Source: Octopus vulgaris
Taxonomy: Eukaryota
Direction: 5' to 3'
Length of the DNA stretch: 64,000 bases
Assembly (NCBI GenBank): GCA_951406725.2
Contig: OX597829.1
Location: 7,812,001-7,876,000 of the forward strand
Position numbers and translations under genes: made by a program. The notes beneath the pieces are model-generated. The model had not been told where the DNA came from. It saw only the letters and a program-made list of their open reading frames with translations, and ran no database searches. Position 1 is the first letter of the stretch; each line of letters starts with the position of its first letter. This document shows positions 25,695 through 38,550 of the stretch, one piece after another.

Positions 25695-27047
25695 TTTTTT
25701 TTTATATTTTATTTTATCTAGTTTCAGCTCACGAGCTGTGTATGCCATGCTGGGGCTCCGCCATTTGGTGTTGCTACTGGATTTTACTTCACGAATGCTT
25801 TTTAGCAACTGCCATTTGGTGCATGAGAGACTTCGATGCAGCTGCCCTCATCTGCACCTACTGCCGTGAAGTTGGTTCATCCGGGACACCTGACAGGAAG
25901 AGATCCAGTCCTACTTTAAAGACATCCGCATCCACCCCATGCAGGTCTCTCAGGTTCTTCGGGAGGATATTGAAGAGCTGTGGGCCTCTGAAGCCCAGGC
26001 TATCACAGTATCTTGTCCTACATCTTGATGGCAAATTTGGAGTCCTTGGCACCATGCGGTGGCGCCCAGTTCTGGCATTTATGTAACTCCTGATACCAAA
26101 GTTTGGGACAAGTCCTTCCAGGATCTTCCAGATGTATATTATGGCATATCTTTCTTGCCTACGTTCCAAGGAATAGAGTTTTAATCTCTTGAGTCTTTTC
26201 CAGTAGCTTATATGCTGCATAGAGGCTATCTTCTTTGTGTAGCTTGACAATGGATGGTGACCATAGCTGAGAGCAATAGTCAAAGTGGCTTAGGACAAGT
26301 GTCCTCCAGAGGACCATCATGGTTCCTTGTTCTAAAGGTTCAGAGGCTATCTTCTTTGTGTAGCTTGACAATGGATGGTGACCATAGCTGAGAGCAATAG
26401 TCAAAGTGGCTTAGGACAAGTGTCCTCCAGAGGACCATCATGGTTCCTTGTTCTAAAGGTTCTAAGAATCCAGCCGGCCAGTCGTCTACATTTCACTGCC
26501 AATTTAGCAACATGTACATGGAAGGTTGCGTCATCGCTCATGTAAATACCCAGGTCACGCACTGATTGTGCCTCTGGGATTGCAATCCCTCCGGGTCCAG
26601 TGTATTCATTGGGTATTGCATTTAGTTTTGCATGCTGATAGCATAAAGCTTGAAACTTTTCAGCATTGAACTGCATGCTATTCTTTTCAGCCTACTTGTA
26701 TATTTTGTCTAGCTCACATTGCAGGTGTTTAGTGTCTTCAGGGTTCTGTATTACCTGTGAAACTTTTGTATCATCTGCATAACTTGTGATCGTGGCTCTC
26801 TGCGTGGCTGAGGGCATGTCTGAGAGGGCCATTATGAACAGTAGTGATCCCAAAACAGTGCCCTGCGGAACACCACTCACTATTTGCATGTTAATGGAAG
26901 TGGCCCCATTGGCTACCACCACCTGACTTCTATCCTTCAGAAAGTCATGAAGCCATTCTCCCAGTTTTCCAACTATGCCAAGATCACGCAGTTTGTGACA
27001 TATCATTTCATGATCGACTTTATCAAAGGCCTTTGCAAAGTCGAGAT
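25695..27047 (-). mobile_element. 5'-truncated CR1/Jockey-group LINE related to family D, with an internal 121 bp tandem duplication
   Basis: [47 protein letters not shown]; 26221-26340 repeated at 26342-26461; tail stem-loop at 25723-25771. Confidence 0.92.
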
Positions 27048-27429
27048 ATATATATATACATATATATATATATACATATATATATATGTACATATATATA
27101 TACATATACATATATATATACATATACACATATATATACATATACACATGTATATACATATACACATATATATACATATACACATATATATACATATACA
27201 CATATATATACATATACACATATATATACATATACACATATATATATATATATACATATATATACATATACACATATATATATATATATACACATATATA
27301 TACATATACACATATATATACATATACACATATATATACATATACATATATATATATATATATACATATATACATATACATATATATATATATATATACA
27401 TATATATACACATATATATATATACATAT
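27048..27429. repeat. (TA)/(TACA) microsatellite
   Basis: Directly visible. Confidence 0.95.
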
Positions 27430-27624
27430 GTAGGTCCCGGGTTGAGTCGGGGTTAACCGCAGTAAATAAGGTACTCAATACATAGCAGAGTAAATTAATT
27501 TATTTTATAAAAGGAGCTCCTACAGGACTAGAACTGTTTCATTCAAAAGAAATCATCAGGAGCTTCCTGATGATTTCTTTTGAATGAAAGAGTTCTAGTC
27601 CTGTAGAAGCTCCTTCTATAAAAT

Positions 27625-27628
<4 letters not shown>
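27430..27628. mobile_element. Short fold-back Penelope/retrozyme-like unit with back-to-back hammerheads
   Basis: Palindrome 27499-27627 centred on AGCT at 27561-27564; each arm has CTGATGA..GAAA..GTA. Confidence 0.75.
27562..27610 (+). ncRNA. Hammerhead ribozyme-like motif (mirror copy on minus strand at ~27513-27564)
   Basis: GCTTC-CTGATGA-TTTCTTTTGAAT-GAAA-GAGTTCTAGTCCTG-TA-GAAGC. The minus copy has an intact stem III ACAG/CTGT and a GUA triplet. Confidence 0.65.
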
Positions 27629-27678
<50 letters not shown>

Positions 27679-27784
27679 CCTATATATATACATATATATA
27701 TATATATACATATATATATTCATATATATATTCATCTATATATTCATCTATATATTCATCTATATATTCATCTATATATTCATC

Positions 27785-27832
<48 letters not shown>

Positions 27833-27839
27833 TGTAATT

Positions 27840-28700
27840 ATTATCATCATTGTTTAATGTTTGCTTTCCATGCTGGCATGGATTGGACAGGTTGACATGG
27901 AGCTAGCTAACTGTTCAGACTCTGTTGTGGCATAGTTTCTATGGCTGGATGCCCTTCCTCCTGTCAACCACTTGATAGAATGTGCCGGGGTGCATTATGC
28001 AGCATAACCTTAGGTGCATTTTTATGTAGCCCAAGCACCAAAAACAACAAGCCTGTATGTGTGAAAGACAGCAACTTTACTTAACTTGTTGTGTCTTATC
28101 AAGTACAGCAAATTGCCACATCTCCTGGTCCCTTGTCATTTTCTCGATGAGGCCCAGCACCCAAAGATCCTTTCTCACCATTTTGTCCTGTGTTTTCCTG
28201 GGCCTACCTCTTCCACAGGTACTCTCCACAATTAGAGCTCAGCACTTCTTTAAGCTGCTGTCCCCAGCCATACACATCACATGACGAAACCAGTCAACGC
28301 ACAACATCTGATGCTTTTTATATTCAGTTTTCCTCTTAAATCATTTACACTCTGTTGTATGCGTATGCACTGATATTACTCATCAAGTAATGCATGCTAG
28401 CATTATTTCAAGCTTTTTCAAGTCTTCTGTAGTCAAAGCTCATGTTCCTCCTGCCATGCAACATAATTCTATATACACAAGCATCATACAATCTGGATTT
28501 CACTCTGAGGCAGAGGCCCTTAGTTACCAAAAAGGGTAGAAACTCTAAACTCTGCCCAGCTCATTCTTATTCTAGCAAATACACTTTTAGAACTTCCTCC
28601 TCCACTGCTAACTTGGGTCTCCTAGGTAACAGAAGCTATCAACAACTTCTAATGATCCCCTGAGCATTTGAGGGAGCTTATTGTCTGCACATTTTAGGGC
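27840..28700 (-). mobile_element. Old degraded RTE-A 3' fragment
   Basis: Tail at 27840-28040; reverse complement of the GRGRPRKT and EVVDSFCYLG regions. Confidence 0.8.
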
Positions 28701-28810
28701 TTATTGTACCTGCACATTTGTTACATCTCATGTATGTATGCATGTATGTATGTATGTATGTATGTATGTATGTATGTATGTATGTATGTATCTATCTATC
28801 TATCTATCTA

Positions 28811-28844
<34 letters not shown>

Positions 28845-28845
<1 letters not shown>

Positions 28846-29247
28846 ATAAATATTAGGGAATAAATCCAAATTTACAGGGAAAAAATCAGAATTAGGATTA
28901 AATCCAATTTTATAGTAAAATATTATAAAATATTATTAGAGACAAAACCACTATTTTGCAAAACAAACAAGGAAAGACTTAATCAATACATAAAATTTTA
29001 ATAAATAGTCAAAAAAACCGCCACTACAATCGTTTCTGTCTTGATCAACAATCTTCAGGTGGACTTCAATAAGTCAGTTTCAAATTATGAAGTATTTGAA
29101 ACTGACTTATTGAAGTCCACCTGAAGATTGTTGATCAAGACAAGAAACGATTGTAGTGGCGGTTTTTTTGACTATTTATTAAAATTTTATGTATTGATTA
29201 AGTCTTTCCTTGTTTGTTTTGCAAAATAGTGGTTTTGTCTCTAATAA

Positions 29248-29252
<5 letters not shown>
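28845..29252. mobile_element. Fold-back Penelope/retrozyme-like unit (arms 28928-29085 and 29094-29252) in (TA)n
   Basis: ~158 bp near-perfect inverted arms with an 8 nt loop; a hammerhead in each arm. Confidence 0.85.
29117..29159 (+). ncRNA. Minimal type I hammerhead ribozyme (mirror copy on minus strand at 29021-29062)
   Basis: CCAC-CTGAAGA-TTGT(TGATCAAG)ACAA-GAAA-CGATTG-TA-GTGG: canonical CUGANGA/GAAA core, three stems, GUA cleavage site. Confidence 0.8.
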
Positions 29253-29296
<44 letters not shown>

Positions 29297-29840
29297 CAGA
29301 AATTGAAAAACAAAACAATGAATTGAACAATTATAAATTCAATTCAATTTAAATATTTTTATACAAATAAATGACAAATCTCATAAATTCCTGCTGTTTC
29401 TGCTTCATAAATAAAACAAAGTTTGTCAAGAATAATCAGATCCGTTTAAATATATAATGGATGCTTCATCAAATTAACATACCTTCTTAACTATTGATAT
29501 AGGTAATATAAACCAGAAATCCTTTGGTTATTTAATATCCCTTTGGTGTATTTTACACCTAGCTAAACTGTTATATATGTGCGTGTGTGTGTGTGTGTAT
29601 GTATGTATATGCACATATATGTGTATACACGCACACACATGTGTACATACATATTCGTATATTTATTAATGCATGTATGTATGAATATATATGGAATCTG
29701 CTGAGAGAGACTAAAACATTTGAATCATATTTCGAAATAAACTTTGATAGAAATGTGGATTTTTTTTCATCTGAACTACCATTTTTTGAGGCTGCTAAGT
29801 TGATTAATAAAATATTTTAAAATATTTATTTCTACAATAC

Positions 29841-29903
29841 ATTTCCAGAGCACTGGTTACTCTCATCAAGTGTCTTATCTCTGGTTGTGTACATCGAACT
29901 GGA
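29841..29903 (-). other. Candidate 63 nt micro-exon
   Basis: Long poly-T tract then TTCAG acceptor; GTATTG donor; open frame PVRCTQPEIRHLMRVTSALE. No homology recognised. Confidence 0.3.
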
Positions 29904-31839
29904 CTGAATTGAAACAAGGATTATTAAGTAAAAAAAAAATAAGAAAAAAAAAAAAAAAAAGAAACAATTATTACTTTTACTTTAGAAATAGAAGTTCCTT
30001 GTTTAAATCCTGCTAAGTAGGTATCTAGGATGGCAACTGGAGATCATGCTGAAGAAAATTTAGTTTAGATGTAAATATTAACGAGTATTTCATTCATAAG
30101 GTCAATTCTAATAGGCTGAAAAATTTCATTAATAACAACTCATCTCAGACTTCTGAGAATAAAATATCTGGTCAGTGAGTTCAAGTGATTAAGAATAAGA
30201 GTTATTAGAGCAGTAGAACCTAAATGTAGGGTGAATAAATCATGTATTTTGTGGCACACATGGGTTAAGCAGCCCAAGGAAATTCCATTATTTGTGTATA
30301 TATTGGATGACTAAAAGATAAGATACTACAGAACAGAGATGTCAAAGACCATCTCATGCTCACCAAAATAATTTAGGTTAGACAATGAAGTGACCCAAAA
30401 GTGTGTGTGTATGTGTGCGTGCATGCATGTACACATGCATGCATATATTAAAATATACTGTCTTAGTGATTATTCTTACTGTCATCAAGTTTCATAAGAT
30501 GGGACACACTCTTCATCTGATAATACCAGCATAATCTCCAAATGACATAGCAAAGTCCACATAATTTAATATGCATAACATTGATAATGGGAAATGATTT
30601 GAAATGGTAAGTAAAACTTCTAATTGTTGTGGTAAGTGATATAATTCATTACTTGTTGACTAGGAATAGTTTAAGATGAGTGATTTCACTGGATTTAAAT
30701 AAAGGTGTGAAACAGAGATAAATGCTTACAATATAGGTGCCTATATATAATTAAAAGGTTGAATTCCTGAGATAACATACATTGCACTGTGATAATAGAC
30801 GAGGAAGTTATGCTCACTGTAGTGAATTAGAAATAAAGGTTGATATAGTGTGACAGAGACTATAAACAGTAAAGGACAGTTCACATTAGAGATATAGCAG
30901 AAAATAGTTTATAAAAGGAGTACTGAACAGAAACAGAATAATGTAAGCTACCTTGGTAAATAGCTAGTTGTTAATCTATTGATTTCAGAGGTGGCATAGC
31001 TTCCCAATTTTCTGAGTGGATCCTTACAGAAGTGACAACATTTATTGAAGAATACTGAACAGATGTTTAAATAGGAAATTTACTGGGTTTTATCACTATG
31101 AGTTTCTTCTCAGCAATGCATAAATCCACATGCTTTTTTTTTTCTTTTGGTGATTTACATACTTTGTGGATTATTCATTTTATTGCCAATACTTTACATC
31201 TTTCAATGTTAAAACATTATTCAATAATGTTTGTGATCAAAAGCAAAGTTATGCTTTTCTATGTTCAAAAACGAGACAAAATAATTGTTTCATCCATCAA
31301 AACCAGTTGAGGCACATTATTTAAATTTGGTTGAGTGGAAGTGATCTTTGCCTCATAGATAATTACTTCAGAGTTGCATAACTGATTAAGAGGGTATGCA
31401 TTTGTGCTTCTGCATTTTGCAATAGAAGCAAAAATTCTCTTTATGGATAATGATGGTGATATAGACGTCTTATTTAGCTAAACATTCCAATGCATCATTT
31501 CTAATCAAGATACTCCTGAACCCCTGGGTTTCCTGAGAGGCCGCTTAAGGTTCCACAAGAAATAGTGTTAATTAGGTCATTTATATGCAATTTTTTTTGG
31601 GGGGAGGGGGGGGGCATTTTTTGTATTTAATTCTGTATCCATAATTTCATTATATATGCATGTCATATTCAGTAAAAGAGAGAAATCATGTTTTCTATAG
31701 GCAATATGGTAACCTTGTTTAAAAACTAGGGAATTGCACGCTTTTTTAATCTGTATATAGCCAGGGAAAAGCAAAAAAGAACAAGTTTGCCTATGTTCAG
31801 CAACATGAGGCCCAAAGACTTTTAGTATTTTGGATTGCA

Positions 31840-33460
31840 AGACAGCGTGTGAGAGAAAATTGTGATGTTACAGGAGAGAAATGTGCCCACATGGATGATG
31901 GTGCACTTGCATTTAAAGATTCTGCAAAGAAAGAGGCTTGGAGTTCCATTATGAAAGACTGCTGAATGTGAATAATGAATGGGAGGAAGAGAGCCCAAGT
32001 AATCAAGGAGAGAGTTGGTTTAGATGAGATGCAGTTTGGTTTTGTGCAATGGAGAAGCACCACTGATGCGATATTTCTGGTAAGACAGGAGAAATTCCTA
32101 GTCAAAGATAAACCTCTGTACTTGACTTTTGTTGACATGGAGAAAGCGTTGACATGGAGAAAGTCCCCAGATCCCTTATCTGGTTGTCAATGCGGAAACC
32201 AGGGATAGATGAGTGGTTAGTGAGAGCTGTGCAAGCGACGTACGGGGATGCTGTTAGTAAGGTGAGGGTTGCAAGGAGTATAGCGAAGAATTCCGGGTAG
32301 AGGTAAGGATCAGTCCTCATCCCCCTCTTGTTTATCATAGTCCTGCAGGCAATAACAGAAGAATTTAAGACAGGCAGCTCTGGGAGCTCCTCTACTCTGA
32401 TGATCTTGCTCTAATAGCTGAGTAACTACAAGAACTAAAGAAGTTTCAGGTGTGGAAGCAAGGTCTAGAATCAAAAGGTCTTAGAGTCAACCTCGCAAAA
32501 ACCAAAGGCTTTGTAAATAGGAAAGCAGACAAATCACAAATCCCCTCAGGAAGACAGCCCTGCTTGATCTGTAGAAAAGGCATAAAAACTCTATATAATG
32601 TACCCAGTGTAGGTTATGGACACATAAGAGGTGCAGAAATATCAGAGGAAGATTAACAAGAAAAATAGTTTTTGTGTATGGAAGATGCACAAGTACACTA
32701 AACACCGACAATGTAGAGAAAATAGACTCCATCAACTGCCAGGTGGGTAAGCTAGAGTTAGTAGACAGCTTCCATTATCTAGGTGACCAAGTTAGTTGCG
32801 GAGGTGGATGCTACAAGAATATAGCTGTGAGAACAAGAATAGGATGGGCAAAGTTCAGAGAGCTTCTACCTCTGCTGACAACAAATGGTGAAAGGCAGAT
32901 TGTATGACGCCTCTGTGTGTGAACAGCTATGCTATACTGCAGTGAAACATGGGCTGTGATAGCTGAGGAAATGCATAGGCTTGAAAGAAATGAAGCCAGT
33001 AGGCTTTGCTGGATGTGCAATGTCAGTGTGCATGAGTGTAAGCATCTTGAAAGAAAAGTTGGGCATAAGAGGCATCAGATGTGATGTGCAAGAGAGACAA
33101 CTGCCCTGGTATGGTCATGTGATGCACATGAATGAGGACAGATGTGTAAAGAAGTGCCAATCTCTAACTGTGAAGGGGACCTGTGGTAGAGATAGACTCA
33201 GGAAGATATGAGACAAGGTGGTGAATCATGATCTTTGAACGTTGGGCCTCACAGAGACGATGACTAGTGACTGAGATGCTTGGCAATATGTTGTGCTTGA
33301 GAAGATCCGTCAAGCCAAGTGAAATCATAGTTGTGGCCAATGGTGGTGTCACATAAAAAGCACCTTTCAAGCATTGGGCCTCGTGGAGGCAAAGTGGCTG
33401 ATGATGAAAAGCACCTTTTGAGTGTTAGGCTTCATGGAGGCAATGACAAAAGACCAAGAC
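31840..33460 (+). mobile_element. Degraded RTE-A LINE with an internal deletion
   Basis: DEMQFGFV..STTDAIF, FVDMEKA, GLRVNLAKTK, PHD remnant, FHYLGDQ, RQLPWYGHV; many stops and frameshifts. Confidence 0.9.
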
Positions 33461-33737
33461 CTAATGTAATAAATTTAACTGTTCATATAAATGGAGCTTG
33501 AAAACTTTAAAAAAATATTTTAAAGGCTATAAAGGAGTTGGAAAGACATTCTGTACTATAAAGATATAAATAGAAAATTCAAACTAGGTTATCTGCGGGG
33601 AGAATAAAAATAATGCAAAGTTTCTCTTTAAAATGAAGTAATATTCCTTGTGTGGTAAAAATCTAAAGAACAACTCATTTAAAACTAGGGAAAATTGAAC
33701 TACATGGGTTATGTATTATAAAGAAAAAATTATATTT

Positions 33738-34137
33738 TCCTTTACTTTTTTACTTGTTTCAGTCATTTGACTGTGGTCATGTTGGAGCACTGCTTTTAGT
33801 CCAGCAAATCAACCCCAGGACTTATTCTTTGGAAGCCTAGTACTTATTCTATCGGTCTCTTTTGCTGAACCACTAAGTTACGGGGATGTAAATACACCAG
33901 CATCGGTTGTCAAGTGATGTTGTGGGGACAGACAGATACACAAACATACATATATATATACATACATATATGCGACGGGCTTCTTTTCAGTTTCCGTCTA
34001 CCAAATCCACACACAAGGCTTTGGTCGGCCCGAGGCTATAGTAGAAGACACTTGCCCATGGTTCTACGCAGCGGGATTGAACCCGGAACCATGTGGTTCA
34101 TAAGCAAGCTACTTACCACACAGCCACTCCTATGCCT
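33738..34137 (-). mobile_element. Full-length tRNA-derived SINE (family S1)
   Basis: Reverse complement of the 43705-44120 type: A/B-box head, GGGCAAGTGTCTT core, CAGTCAAATGACTGAAACAAGT tail. Confidence 0.9.
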
Positions 34138-35226
34138 ATTTACTCAAATCATTTTCCTTAAAACAGAAAAAAAAAATGAAACATGAGAAAAAATTAAATG
34201 AAAAGGTCAAATATGTTTGAACTATAAGAAATAATATAATTGAATAACTTAATGAAGATTAGAAAAAATTTCTTACATTTGCATAAGTATTAGATATAAT
34301 GACTTATCTAATAAGAGACCCAAGCAAGCCTGTTGGAAGTTATGTAAGAGAATAAGTTACAATCTCAATGCAAAATTTCTACAAATTAAAAAAAAACAAA
34401 ATGAAAATCAGACAATATAATGATATAACTGAAAATATATATCAAACTTATGATTATATAATTGCATAAAGAATTATTAGAGTTGATTAATAAAAGTATT
34501 GTTTCTTTCGTTGGTATATCTATTTTCATTGGATACATTTCTTCCATTGTTGTTTTTGTTAATTACTTTAAGGTTTTTACTATAATGTTTTGTTTGTTTT
34601 CCTTGTCTCCTTAATCTGACCCATTACACACACATATACATCAAGTTTGAACATAGAATTCAGATTATTATGTGTATATTGTCTAAAAGCAAGAGCAAGG
34701 GGAAAAACAAATTTTGCATCTAATATAGTAGGCTCCAGCTTAAGGGGAAAGAAAACATAAGTGATTTAGAAAAACAGAAGTATTTTTAAAGTAAAATGAA
34801 TTTTACTCATGGTGAGTCCGTTGCAAACATAAATACTATTGCATGAAGTAACAAGTCTTTAATTAAAATAAAAGACATCCATTGAAAGTTCACTTTTTTC
34901 ATAGATTTAAACACCAAAGGAAAAATTATTCTAAGTTGTTGACTATGAAATAAGAGTTAAATAATTACATGAGAATTGGTGGTTCAAACAGGAGCAGAAG
35001 AATTAAAACCAAAGCAATCTTAATTACAGTACCATACAAAATAAGATAGAAACATGGAAGGGAGAGGGTGAATACACTAATAAAAAAACTCTAAATACAA
35101 GACAATGTAAGTGAGAATATTATCAGGAACCTCAACATCATTTTATGGCTTATTTTCCAAGTTGACATGGGTGGGATGGGTTGTCAAAGGCCAGTTCTTA
35201 TTCAATTGTTATTCTTGTTACTATCT

Positions 35227-35228
<2 letters not shown>

Positions 35229-35286
<58 letters not shown>
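35229..35286. repeat. (TG)n microsatellite
   Basis: Directly visible. Confidence 0.95.
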
Positions 35287-35290
<4 letters not shown>

Positions 35291-35576
35291 CCCTGTGTTA
35301 AAAAGATTAAGAGAGGTTTCACACAAACAGATTATTTATTAAAAAACAAAAAGAAGAAAATGCCTTGAGAACTTTATCATACATAAAAAAAAAAGAAACA
35401 TTCACATTTTTACGAAAATATGTTGCCAGTTTCAATTGGTTTATAAGACAGGTTAGTCATACTGTTAGTCATTCTATAGTAGAAAAGACTATTACTAATT
35501 ATTGTTATCATTAATATTATTATTGTTATTATTAATTATTGTTATTATTAATTATTATTAATTATTATTATTATTA

Positions 35577-36030
35577 AGGAAGTAAGCTTGCAGAATCATT
35601 AGCATGCTGGGTAAAATGCTTAGCAGCATTTCATCTGTCTTCACATTTGGAGCTCAAATGCTGCCAAGGTCAACTTTGTCTTTCGTTCTTTCAGGGTTGA
35701 TAAAATAAGTGCCAGTTGAGTTACTGGGATCAATGTAATTGGTTTACCACCCTCCCCACAAAATAGCCAGCTTTGTACCAAAGTCTGAAACCATTTTCAT
35801 TATTCATTATCAAAAGCAGTGAGCTGGACAAAATGCTTAGCCCATCCCTACATTCAGAGTTCCAATTCTGCCAGGGTCAACTTTGCCTTTCATTTTTTCG
35901 GGGTTGATGAAATAAGTATCAGTGAAACACTGGGGGCGATGTGATCAACTTGCACAGTGACCAAAATTTCAGGCCTTGTGCCTATGGTAGAAAAGATTAT
36001 TATCATTATTATTATTATTATTATTATTAA
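35577..36030 (+). mobile_element. Two tandem copies of a second SINE family (S2) between (ATT)n tracts
   Basis: Both copies (35577-35795, 35812-36000) have AAAATGCTTAGC and GGTCAACTTTG.CTTTC..TTTC.GGGTTGAT.AAATAAGT; minus-strand relatives at ~37990-38200, 46730-46945 and 63760-64000. Confidence 0.75.
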
Positions 36031-36382
36031 TACATAGTATTTTTTTTTCTTTGTCATTTACCATTCTCAATCACCTAAAGAAAGCAAACTGGAGAATGAA
36101 TTAACCAAGGAATGCTTTTCTTATGTTGCAGACCTACACTGTTATAAGGTTATCACTTAAGAATAGATTTGACCTTTCATAACAGGCAGCATATGACATT
36201 TCACATATAGACAATTTGTTAATTTCAAACCAATTATTTACCACAAAAATAAATGCTAATTCACAAAAGCTTCAAGTGAGAGAACTAAAGCTGTAGGACA
36301 ACCAAGTAAAAAATGAAAATAACTTATTTTCAACAATAAAAATAATAAAGTTTATAAGGTGTGCACACAAAACGAATTTTAC

Positions 36383-36448
36383 ATTTCAAGCATTGTAAAA
36401 ATGGCGTTCATTATATCCAGTATGCTGCTTGCTGCTAGACGTGTCAAA
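36383..36448 (-). other. Candidate 66 nt micro-exon or 3' part of an alternative first exon
   Basis: CCTACCTTTACCATCAG acceptor; GTAAAA donor; only one open frame, LTRLAASSILDIMNAIFTMLE. Confidence 0.25.
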
Positions 36449-36900
36449 CTGATGGTAAAGGTAGGATTTATACAAAGGACAGGTAAATAAAATATTATCT
36501 ATCATACAAGGAGTGGGGGTAAGCCAAGATAAAAAACAAATGATGGATGATAGCAGTATTTTAGAAAGTTTTGGCAAATTTTTCAGCTCACTGGATGCAG
36601 TCTGTTGATACTGTTGACATAGTAGCGGAGGATGGGGAAGAAGGATGGAGAGAAACTAGTTTGTTTGTCTTTAAAAACTAAAGCACATACACTCTGACAG
36701 CCTATTTGTAGGCAAAGACAGCTGCCAAAAAGGAGAGAGAGAAATGAACAGCTGTTGACAAAATCAGATCATCAACAAGTAGAACTATACAGCCTCTATG
36801 AGTACTTTTCAAGCATATGCATATATTTGTGAATGTACATGTGTGTATGGGTATATGCAATTATATAACACACACACACATGAAAGAAAGAAAGTGAGTG

Positions 36901-36938
<38 letters not shown>

Positions 36939-37321
36939 ACACTGATGTGTGATATAACGCTTATCTAGATCTCACAGAATAAATACCTTTCTGGTGAATG
37001 ATTTGCCAGCATTGGATGTCTGATGGAGATAAGAATTGAACAACAATTCATCATCAGCTGGAGGAGAGATCCCTTATCAGACATATTTTTCGATTAACTT
37101 CAACAATTATTCATTCAAACTTTTAAACAATATAGGTCTGGTTAATTCTATTTCATTTTATCCCTTGTCACATTCTGAAAAATCCATAGACAAAGAGAAA
37201 TTATCTACATATGAAATTGCATGCACTCAATAAGCGCCACCAAGATTAGTGGGAGCAGGGCAAGGAGGAAGAAATCAACTAATTTTTTGCTCTACTTGGA
37301 AGCAATATTTTATCTGTATAT

Positions 37322-37655
37322 TATTCTTTTATCTGATTCAGTCATTTGACTGCAGCTATGCTGGAACACTGCCTCTAGAGACAAACAAATCGACCCTAGG
37401 ACTTACTCTTTTGTAAGCATAGTACTTATTTTATCAGTCTCTTTTGCCGAGCCACTAAGTTACAGGGATGTAAATACACCAACACCAGTTGTCAAGCAAT
37501 GGTAGCAGGACAAACACAGACACACAAACATATATATATATACGACAGGCTTCTTTCAGTTTCTGTCCACCAAATCCACTCACAAGGCTTTGGTCAGCCC
37601 AAGGCTATATAGTTGGTAAGCAAGCTACTTACCACACAGTCACTCCTGCACCTAT
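37322..37655 (-). mobile_element. tRNA-SINE S1 with an internal deletion
   Basis: Homologous to 33738-34137; the B-box/core segment is missing. Confidence 0.85.
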
Positions 37656-38550
37656 ATTAGTCATATTTATTTTAGTAACTACCCAGAAACAAAACTCAGC
37701 ATAAACTACAGTGGGACTTGAACTTACAATTTAAAAGTTATTACTAAATAGTGGTTTTGTTAGTAACCAGTTCCTCTAATTCCAGAGAAAATTTCAAGTG
37801 TCTTACAGAAAATTCCATTGCTTTTTTATACACAAATCTGTGATTTCAGTTAAAAGATTTCTAGTTTCTTTGAAAATCCTTATAATATGGGTTGTTTGAG
37901 GGAACTTTTGTCCAGTGATAACTTAGTTTCCATAGCTAAATCTGTTGAAAAATTAGGGAAGAAATTCCAGGCCTGCAATTCTGAGGAGAGAGATACCACT
38001 GAAGGCCAGTAGTTTTTAAAGAAAGGGGTTTCTTCATACTACTGACCCCAGAATTTGATTGATACTTGACTTTATTAATCCTCAAAGGAACAAAGGCAAA
38101 GCTAACCAAAGTGAGGTTTGAACCCAGCACATATAAAATTGAGAGAAATATCACAAGGCATGCTTTCCATTGCTCTAATACTTCTGCCAATTTACCACCC
38201 ATGTTTCTAATTTAGGCACTTCCTTTTATAAACTGTAAAAGATGAAAGGCAAATTTCTTGATGGGATTTAAACTCAAAACATGAATAGTTAAAACAAACA
38301 CAAGACATTATTTTGGTGCTCTAATGACTCACAACCCTTAACAGCTGTTTCATACATAAGCATAAAGCATGACATTTGGTCCGGAACTTGACTAGTAATT
38401 CCCTAGAGGGACAAATAGTGAAGCTGACCACAGCATGATCTGAAACCAGAACATAAGGGGCTGAATGAAATACTAACACTATTGATTCTGTTAATACATT
38501 GTCCTTAATTGTTTCAAGGACTGAAATCTGAAGAAGGGATTTAGCTAAAG

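Noticed and set aside
34805-34820. Consensus-like plus-strand donor ATG|GTGAGT
   Set aside because: No matching acceptor or open exon identified; an isolated motif is expected by chance.
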